Part shown: positions 56,978 to 64,000 of the stretch, piece by piece
Layout of the letters: each line of letters opens with the position of its first letter
Position numbering within the stretch: position 1 is the first letter of the stretch
DNA from: an uncultured Verrucomicrobiae bacterium
Lineage (GTDB): Bacteria; Chlamydiota; Chlamydiia; Chlamydiales; Rhabdochlamydiaceae
Assembly (NCBI GenBank): GCA_963806855.1
Contig: CAWDYW010000003.1
Location: forward strand, 288,001-352,000
Reading direction: 5' to 3'
Length of the DNA: 64,000 bases
Notes under the pieces: generated by a model
Told to the model about the DNA's origin: nothing
The model's database searches: none
Seen by the model: the letters and a program-made list of their open reading frames with translations, nothing else
Program-made: the position numbers and the translations under genes

Positions 56978-58516
56978 ATGGCAGCAGCAGTAATTCCTGA
57001 TGGTCGTTTTGCAAGAGTTGAGAGACGGGAGCACACTCCTTTGGAGACGATTTGGGAAGATGAAGACAAACGCCCGGGGGATCGGAATAAATGGCATTCT
57101 CAGGTTTATCATGTCAACTCGATTACAGATTATGCATTAGCTAAAATCAAACGAGATGGCGCGGTGACGACGGAGCAATGGGAGCAGCAGGTCGATCCGG
57201 CCAAGAAGATTGCTGAGAATCGTGAGCTGATCGAGCAGCATGTCGATCGTCGGATCCAACTATTTTTCATGCAGCTGATTTGCTGCTTTCGAACTCCCTA
57301 CCATTTTGAATGGATCGAGGCCAACGACGAGTACGGCAAGGGGGGGAAAGTGACGATCCATAACCCGACCGGCGCTGGGAACAAGCGGATCGAAACCGAG
57401 GCGGCCCATTCTGGAACATTCCCCTGTTTGATGGCCTATCCTAGGGCTGAATGGGAAAGTGGAAATAAAGCAAATGGCTTTGTCTATTTGAAATATGGAC
57501 GCTCCTATTTGGACAATAATGCCACGATCGAATTTGATCGCTATCTCAACCGTGCCGATTGTCTAATCGATGGAACCTCTAAAGACCGTCAATTGAGAGA
57601 GGAGGCGATCAAGATCGTCAATGCTGTAGCAGAAGGGAAGCAGACTGTTGAAAAAGGGATGATTCAATTTGTCAAGCTGTTTGAGCAGTTCTGTGCTAAG
57701 CGACGACTGGGTGTGACTGATGCTAGAGGACTCATCCTAGATGTTTACTTGCAGCGTGCACAGGAAGTCCGTGCTGAGATGGAGGTCGATCCTAGCTATT
57801 TTGATCAACTTCTGGGAGTGAAAGTAGGAGTCCACCCACGAGAAGCGCTACTCCGTAAGATCGTCTATCAAAAGAGATTTAAATTGATCCAAGATTGTGA
57901 AGCAGTGGAAAGTCAAATCGCCAGAGCGATTCTCACTGCGCAAAATACCATGCTTGGTAAGCGAAAAAAGAGTTTAAAAAATGTCGATTCTCGTCTTCGT
58001 TATACATTGTTAGAAGATGCAAACCCCATTTTCAAACGGACTTTGGAAAGGCTATTTTGTACCTCATTGGATCAATTGCAAGCAGGTATTGAGAAGAATG
58101 CAGAGCGATTAAGGCAATTTGAGGCCAAAAAGGGGATCGCCAAGTTTCGTAGCACTCATAAAGCACAGCTCGACATTTTGAATAGGGAGCTCAGAGCTAA
58201 ATTCCGCACACTGGAGAATTTAGAGTTGACCTATCGTGCGGAGCTTTTTAAAGGACTGAGGCAGGATCTAAATGGCTGGCTTCAAAAGGAGTTTTTGAAT
58301 GTTTTCAAGAGAAAATATCCTCTAGAGTCGATGAGTCAAGCGATGGTGAGCCGATTGGAACATAGGACCAGAGTGATCGATCCAAATCGAGAGTATAAAA
58401 CGCCCCTTAATCAAAGAAGAAAAGATATCTCAGAACCGAAAGCCAAAATGATCGCTGATGCCTTTGGGGTGGACGCTGGACTTTTCCTGCCAGGAATGAT
58501 CACTTCAGTCTACTGA
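56978..58516 (+). CDS. Hypothetical protein with C-terminal XRE/Cro-like HTH
   Basis: GGAGG RBS before ATG 56978; LR...GW.Q...MSQAMVSRLE...AKMIADAFGV. Confidence 0.7.
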   Translation: MAAAVIPDGRFARVERREHTPLETIWEDEDKRPGDRNKWHSQVYHVNSITDYALAKIKRDGAVTTEQWEQQVDPAKKIAENRELIEQHVDRRIQLFFMQLICCFRTPYHFEWIEANDEYGKGGKVTIHNPTGAGNKRIETEAAHSGTFPCLMAYPRAEWESGNKANGFVYLKYGRSYLDNNATIEFDRYLNRADCLIDGTSKDRQLREEAIKIVNAVAEGKQTVEKGMIQFVKLFEQFCAKRRLGVTDARGLILDVYLQRAQEVRAEMEVDPSYFDQLLGVKVGVHPREALLRKIVYQKRFKLIQDCEAVESQIARAILTAQNTMLGKRKKSLKNVDSRLRYTLLEDANPIFKRTLERLFCTSLDQLQAGIEKNAERLRQFEAKKGIAKFRSTHKAQLDILNRELRAKFRTLENLELTYRAELFKGLRQDLNGWLQKEFLNVFKRKYPLESMSQAMVSRLEHRTRVIDPNREYKTPLNQRRKDISEPKAKMIADAFGVDAGLFLPGMITSVY

Positions 58517-58520
58517 AACC

Positions 58521-58566
58521 ATACCTCGCCTCACCCAAAAGTGTGAATTTGGGTGAGGCGGGGTAT
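58521..58566. terminator. Hairpin between convergent genes
   Basis: atacctcgcctcacccaaa-agtgtgaa-tttgggtgaggcggggtat. Confidence 0.7.
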
Positions 58567-58573
58567 AGTGTGA

Positions 58574-59500
58574 TTAGTTCAAATTGGCCAAATGGGCTTG
58601 AATGAGCATCGCGATCTCTTGAAGGCCTAGTTCTTGTGCTAGATCCAGCGGTGTGTGAGAATTACCATTTGGCAGATTTGGATTGGCCCCTGCATTCAAA
58701 AGCGCTGGGACAGTCTTGATGTCCCCATTTTGCACCGCAGAGTGCAAGGGTGTACAACCCTCTACGTCGGCGATGTCTAGGTTTTGTGGTAGCTGGAGCA
58801 GAGATTCGGTTATTTTATCTTGTTTCCTCTTAATACTTAAGTTAAGAGCTGTTTCTCCGTTTGCATTTGTTCTAGTTAGATCGGCATTAGCCTTCAGCAG
58901 AATGTCTACCATCTGCTTGTCCCCATATCGAACTGCCAGATGAAGGATTGGGTCGACTCGATCTGTCTGGAGATTAGGATTAGCTCCATTTAATTGTAAT
59001 TTTTTTGCCTGGTCAATGAGCAATTTTTTCAGTTTTGGAAAGGTTGTTCCATAGGCTTCTTTGTGAGAGAAAATTTGAAAAATGTCGGCCATGCTCAAGT
59101 TTTCTATATTTAGCCAAGTTGCATCAATGTTCACAGTGCCATCATGGTTCCTCGATTTGGGAAGGCCTCCGACGGATTCACAAAATTGACGAGTCTCCTC
59201 ATTTAGAGCCTTTATGAAACGCTTGGCCCCCTGTAAATTTGTTCCAGCATAACCCCCTTTTTTGGCTCGGGCTAAGATCACTGGTTCTGCATGGTCTCTT
59301 CCCATCAGATTTTGTTGCGCCAAACCAGCTAAACCGCTTAAGGGGACATGATTTGCAATATGCTGGATAATCTCGGGAGGGAGTTCGTTTAAAAAATCAA
59401 TTGCAACCTTTTGAATTTTATCGTCTTGAGGATTAGTTGCTTGGTTCTCATCCGAAGATGGTTGAATAGGTTGATGAATAGTTGGATCTAATTTATTCAT
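58574..59500 (-). CDS. F-box-like plus ankyrin-repeat protein
   Basis: LNELPPEIIQHIANHVPLSGL; PILHLAV, GETAL, GCTPLHSAV, TPLDLA. Confidence 0.85.
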   Translation of the reverse strand: MNKLDPTIHQPIQPSSDENQATNPQDDKIQKVAIDFLNELPPEIIQHIANHVPLSGLAGLAQQNLMGRDHAEPVILARAKKGGYAGTNLQGAKRFIKALNEETRQFCESVGGLPKSRNHDGTVNIDATWLNIENLSMADIFQIFSHKEAYGTTFPKLKKLLIDQAKKLQLNGANPNLQTDRVDPILHLAVRYGDKQMVDILLKANADLTRTNANGETALNLSIKRKQDKITESLLQLPQNLDIADVEGCTPLHSAVQNGDIKTVPALLNAGANPNLPNGNSHTPLDLAQELGLQEIAMLIQAHLANLN

Positions 59501-59665
59501 TATAACTCCTTTTTTTATTAATTATAATTAAAAATTATTTAAAAGTAAAGTAAAATTTACTATTCATAATTACTTTAAAATCAAAGATTTTTGGAGGGGT
59601 GTTTGATTAGAATAAAAAATAGAAGTTGCGAGGATAATCGGGGACTGATTATGATGTTTTCTTTC

Positions 59666-59749
59666 GCGAAAGTGGCGAAACTGGTAGACGCACTACCTTG
59701 AGGTGGTAGCGAGGGAAACCTTTTGGGGGTTCGAGTCCCCCCTTTCGCA
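59666..59749 (+). tRNA. tRNA-Leu(GAG)
   Basis: GCGAAAG/CTTTCGC stem, CTACC-TTGAGGT-GGTAG, long variable arm, GTTCGAG. Confidence 0.95.
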
Positions 59750-59756
59750 ATATTTC

Positions 59757-60432
59757 TTAATTTCTTTCCCCAAATATCTTTTCAATCGTTTGCATCAGCT
59801 CGGGCTCTATTTTGAGCGCTTGGAGCTGAGCGATCGCGCGCGCCTCGGTCAGTGTAGTCAAGGTGGCCCATTCCTCTTGGTTGAGGGGCATTGCGTAGGA
59901 GGGGCTGTGGCTGCGGCACAAGCTCTCGCCCATCGAATAGTGCGTAGGAACCGAGTGGCAATGGGAGCAATGGTCTGTCAGTGCGAGGTGGCCATCGTGT
60001 TTGAGGAGTTTCAGCAGGAAAGAGGCCTTCAGTGCGGTCGGGTCTATGAAGCTTGGCAGATTTTTGAGGTAGGTGAGGAGCAGCTGATAGAGGGCGGGGG
60101 CCGGCTTGCCAGGGAATTGGGTGGTGAGGAGCGCTTCGGCAAAGCGGGTGGCGGTCTGTAGATGATCGAGGTTACTGCGTAGGTTGAGATGGGTGTTGAT
60201 GGGGCTTCCATCTAGAAAAGTGTAAAGATCGGTGCGGCCCGATTGTAAAATTGTATTCGGCCTGGGTGAGGGGTGAGGTGAGGGTGAGCAAGTGCGATTT
60301 TTTCCGATTAATCCCTTTGACGATCAGGCTGATGAGTCCCCGGGTAGGAGTGAAGAGGGTGATGATTTTTTGCTGATCCTTATAGTCGATACTCCTCAGG
60401 ACGAGCCCTTCATGTGTTTCATTCGATGGCAT
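59757..60432 (-). pseudogene. recO: DNA repair protein RecO, frameshifted (3' end approximate)
   Basis: EGLVLRSIDYKDQQKIITLFTPTRGLISLIVKG N-terminus; the frame breaks after ~65 codons. Confidence 0.75.
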
Positions 60433-60465
60433 TTAATTTTGCTCTTTGGTATTTTTATATGCTCT

Positions 60466-60539
60466 GCACCGATAGCTCAATTGGATAGAGTACCCGGCTT
60501 CGAACCGGGTGGTTACAGGTTCAAGTCCTGTTCGGTGCA
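60466..60539 (+). tRNA. tRNA-Arg(TCG)
   Basis: GCACCGA/TCGGTGC stem, CCCGG-CTTCGAA-CCGGG. Confidence 0.95.
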
Positions 60540-60548
60540 TAATTATAA

Positions 60549-61566
60549 ATGCTTAAAATCCCAATATATTGTCATACACAAAAGAGTTATATTGAGTGCA
60601 TCTTTTCTTTGCTTGGAAAAGGAGCGCATCACGCAGGACTTGTTTATTCCTATTGGTTCCGAAAGGGGAAGCTTATGGGATTAAATGAACCGCAAGCCGC
60701 AGTGGCTCTCTCTTGTCCAAGAAATCTTGCATTGACCGACTTTTCTTTATCCGGCAGAGGTGGTTGAAAGGTAGAAGAGAGCACTATCAAATTTTTTTGA
60801 GATGCGAAGAGGGACTTGAGGCGAGTCAGTCTTTATTCCAGATGCAAGCGAAAAATACCCTATGCATCTCTTCGCAAGTGGGATGCAAGAGGGTTGCGCT
60901 TTTTGCGAGACGGGTAGGATGGGGCTGATCCGCCATCTTACGTGCGGGAAATTGTTGCCCAGGTCTTCATTGCGGTCGCTTGCTGGGGATGGAAGTCGCA
61001 ATATCGTCTTCATGGGAATGGGGGAGCCGCTCGACAATTTTGAAGAGTGATCGGCGATCAAGACGTATTACAGATGCCTAAGGGGATGGGCTTTGGTCCA
61101 CGCCGCATCACGATTTCTACAAGCGGCTGTGTAGATGCGATTCATGGCTAAGCGAAGATGCCGACCCAGCTTTAAATTTGCGGTATCGGTCAATGCGCCA
61201 AATGACGAAATTCGCAACAAAATCATGCCGGTAAATCGAAAATGGGACATGGCGGAGTTAAAAAAAGCAATGCTTGATTTTGCACCCATCCAAGGCGACA
61301 AATTTTTACTGAATATGTACTGATTGAAGGGGATCAATGATTCTTTCGAATGCGCAGACGAGCTTGCCGAGTATTTGCCAGGCCTTAAGGCAAAAGTGAA
61401 TTTGATCCCCTATAACCCACAAAGCCGCGACAGGTTTGCCCCACCGAAAGCTGAGGTGGTTGATGCGTTTTCAAGCGATGCGAGGGGGGGTATCAGACGA
61501 TGGTTCGACAGACTAAAGGGCAAAAGATCATGGCTGCTTGCGGGCAACTTGGGAATCTTCAATTGA
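60549..61566 (+). pseudogene. rlmN: Dual-specificity RNA methyltransferase RlmN, multiply frameshifted
   Basis: CISSQVGC, GCAFCETG, NIVFMGMGEPLDN, IMPVN, VNLIPYNP lie in different frames. Confidence 0.85.
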
Positions 61567-61628
61567 GACGCTTGCATATCCAAAGAGAATCAGGTAGAAT
61601 GGCAAATCAATAATAAATTGAGGGAAAT

Positions 61629-62255
61629 ATGGTTGATAAGGATAAATTCGTCGAAGAAGACGCACAAGGCTATAATATTTCGATCGTCGCAAAAAATTTC
61701 CAGCTGACCGAGCCAATTCGGCAGCATATTTGGGATAAGCTGTCAAAGCTGGAGCGATTCCACAATCACATCATGGATATCCATGTCACCCTAGATATCC
61801 AAAAAGTGGAACATATCTGCGTCATCACTTGCCACTTCAATCATATTAAAACCAAGGTCGAAGCCCGCAGCTCCGATATGTATGCCTCGATCGATCGGGC
61901 CATGCAAAAGCTGCAGCACCTCTTTCAGAAGTGGAAAAGCAAGCTTCAAGATTACCATAAAAAACCGATGAAATTAGTCGATCTATCTGTCAATGTCTAT
62001 CGTCGACCTCCTCCAGATGATCTCGAAGAGATCAATCGGGCGATCGATGCAGAAAACATGAAGAGATGGATGCCTCATAAGATCACCGACACCGAATCGC
62101 AGGTTTTGAAGTCGCTGAGCACCGAAGAGGCGATCATGAAAATGGAACTTTCTTCAGACCCCTTCTTGCTCTACCGCGATGAGACAGACAAAAAACTGAA
62201 GCTGATGTATCGGCGTGAAGACGAGAATTATGGAGTTATCCAAGCAGAAGGGTAA
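61629..62255 (+). CDS. hpf: Long-form ribosome hibernation promoting factor (RaiA/HPF)
   Basis: N-domain with DMYASIDRA; C-domain EEAIMKME..PFLLYR..YRREDENYG. Confidence 0.88.
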   Translation: MVDKDKFVEEDAQGYNISIVAKNFQLTEPIRQHIWDKLSKLERFHNHIMDIHVTLDIQKVEHICVITCHFNHIKTKVEARSSDMYASIDRAMQKLQHLFQKWKSKLQDYHKKPMKLVDLSVNVYRRPPPDDLEEINRAIDAENMKRWMPHKITDTESQVLKSLSTEEAIMKMELSSDPFLLYRDETDKKLKLMYRREDENYGVIQAEG

Positions 62256-62685
62256 CCGAGGTAACGTCTACGACCCATACCGCAAGGCATGGGTAGCCGC
62301 AACTCCCGAAGAAATCGTCCGTCAAAAATTTTTGCACGTGATGACCACTCAACTCGGATTTCCAAAAGAACTTCTGGCCATTGAAACACAGCTCTCGGAA
62401 GTTCCCCATCTCAAAGGGGTCGCCAACCTCCCGCAAAGAAGAGCCGACATCATCTGTTTTGCTAAAGGGATCCATCCTGAGCATCTTCTCTACCCACTCC
62501 TCGTCGTCGAGTGCAAAGAAGGAGAGGTAGGGATGGAGGCTAAATCCCAGGCGCTTGGCTATAACCACTACGTCCAAGCCCATTTTGTGGCGATCGCTGG
62601 CGAGAACTGCGCGATGCTGGTCTACCCGCAAGAACTCACCTTTTTACCCTCTTATTCTCAACTCATGGAAAATATATGCAAGTGA
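62215..62685 (+). CDS. Stand-alone HsdR N-terminal (HSDR_N_2) PD-(D/E)xK domain protein
   Basis: YDPYRK.WV..TPEEIVRQ, RRADI, VECK, QALGYN. Confidence 0.8.
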   Translation: MKTRIMELSKQKGNRGNVYDPYRKAWVAATPEEIVRQKFLHVMTTQLGFPKELLAIETQLSEVPHLKGVANLPQRRADIICFAKGIHPEHLLYPLLVVECKEGEVGMEAKSQALGYNHYVQAHFVAIAGENCAMLVYPQELTFLPSYSQLMENICK

Positions 62686-64000
62686 CGACCCCCATTGCCG
62701 ATGTGATTTGTCTCTATGGACTTCCCAATCATGAGCTCTATTTAGAACTGACAAGCTGGCTTGATGAAAAAGCTGAGCGCTTTCTCGTGATCTTAGAAGA
62801 TGATGAGCGGGTCCTCATCGGCCACCAGAGCGGCCACGATCGGATTCGCCTCTGCTATGCTGAAAACGATGAGGCGCTCAAAAAGATCGCCTGGGAGCTC
62901 GTCTTCTTGCAATTTGAGTATCTGAAAACACCTGGCAATTCGTCGAAAAATCCAAGAAATGGAAGCCTGCTTAGCCAAAATGGCATTCTACGAGCAGGGA
63001 TTCATCTGGTTGCCTCCGACTTCCAAAATCGGGGTTTAGACCTCTTGCAAAACCTCATCGCCAATAACCCGCGCTTAAGCCTAGCCAAAAGAGGGGAAGA
63101 GCTTTCGGTGCTTTTGCAGGGGTGCCAGCCATTATCTGCGGAGCAGGGGTGTCGCTTGAAAAAGCTGCCCCTTATTTAAAAAACAATGCCCTCCTCTTTG
63201 CTGGTGGGACCGCTCTCAGCTCCTTAGGAAAATATGGCCTCACCCCCCACTTTGGAGGCCTCATCGATCCCCATCCGCCGACAGGCCGCTTCTTTCAACA
63301 TAAGTCCTTCGAAATCCCCCTCTTTTTCCAGAGTCGAGTGAGCCCCGATCTCCTAAAACAAATGCGGGGGCCGCTGCTCTGGATCCCAGGCAGTCAAAAC
63401 GATCTTCTCACTGAAGAGACCTTCGATGGGGGCTGGAACGTCTCCACCTTCCTCACAGCGATCGCGCAAAAATTGGGTTGCAATCCCATCATTCTAGTTG
63501 GCGTCGATTTAGCCCAGCGAGGAGAAAAGAGCTATGCGGGCGATTTCGAGCGACCCGAAGGGGGAGAATTGATCTGGGTGCAGGATGATCTCTATACTCG
63601 GCGCGATTGGCTTTTTGCCGCTGATTGGCTCGCCGATTTAGCCGCAGCCCACCCGAGGTAGAATGGATCAATTGCTCCGATGGACTCGAAATCAAAGGCT
63701 TTAAAAAACAAAACATCAGCGAGCTCTCTTTTGCCACAATGGCCCCCTTTCAGCATCGTATCGACGCTCTATATCGAAACAACTTGAAGAATCGGGAATT
63801 CGACGAGGAGGCGGCACAAATTTTGGAGTCTGGAGCGAGCGACATTGTTCGAGAACAAGGCGCGAGTGAAGACCCAAAATTTTGGCCTAAGCCGACGACG
63901 TCGAAAACCGATTCTTCATGTTGTTTCGGTATAAAAACAGCTGCGCCGAGCTTGGATGTCAAAGAACTAAAGGGCAGTTTTGCCCGGGTGGGCGAGCTCT
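62676..64000 (+). pseudogene. MAF_flag10/MptE-like (motility accessory factor) protein, frameshifted, probably incomplete
   Basis: PAIICGAG.SL, LGCNPIILVGVDLA; frame switches near 63110 and 63660. Confidence 0.7.

Noticed and set aside
62215..62685. Type I restriction-modification system
   Set aside because: Only a stand-alone HsdR-N-like domain is present; no hsdM, hsdS or helicase part

Overview
A 64-kb chromosomal segment of an environmental member of Chlamydiota. The assignment rests on an NTT nucleotide transporter, a CdsC-like secretin, the long chlamydial LepB, small Chlamydia-type conserved ORFs and chlamydial gene blocks (kdsA-lptB, rluD-KH, pheT-LysM-yidD); the family cannot be determined from this window. 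Housekeeping genes (ndk, kdsA, lptB, rluD-type synthase, recX, asnS, nfo, lepB, murJ, rpsD, trhO, pheT, rhlE, hpf, three tRNAs) alternate with AT-richer accessory genes encoding eukaryote-like effectors: F-box-LRR, F-box-ankyrin, TM-ankyrin paralogues, Inc-like proteins and an SH2-like protein. Four things stand out. (1) A signal-peptide-bearing Rhs protein with an alpha/beta-hydrolase (lipase-like) C-terminus is followed by two paralogous lipoproteins, a toxin-immunity layout, and preceded by a beta-barrel gene. (2) A divergent locus pairs a normal OppA lipoprotein with a ~1150-aa signal-less tandem-ACT-like/OppA fusion followed by an SH2-like protein. (3) There is a set of long palindromic elements: four of 166-170 bp with different arms, one nested 289-bp element, and one inserted in-frame in a gene. 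(4) There is an ~880-aa DHH/family-II-pyrophosphatase-like protein. The last ~4 kb has many frameshifts in core genes, most likely from poor sequence quality. All family calls are from motif recognition by eye, not database searches; Chlamydia trachomatis CT numbers are from memory.
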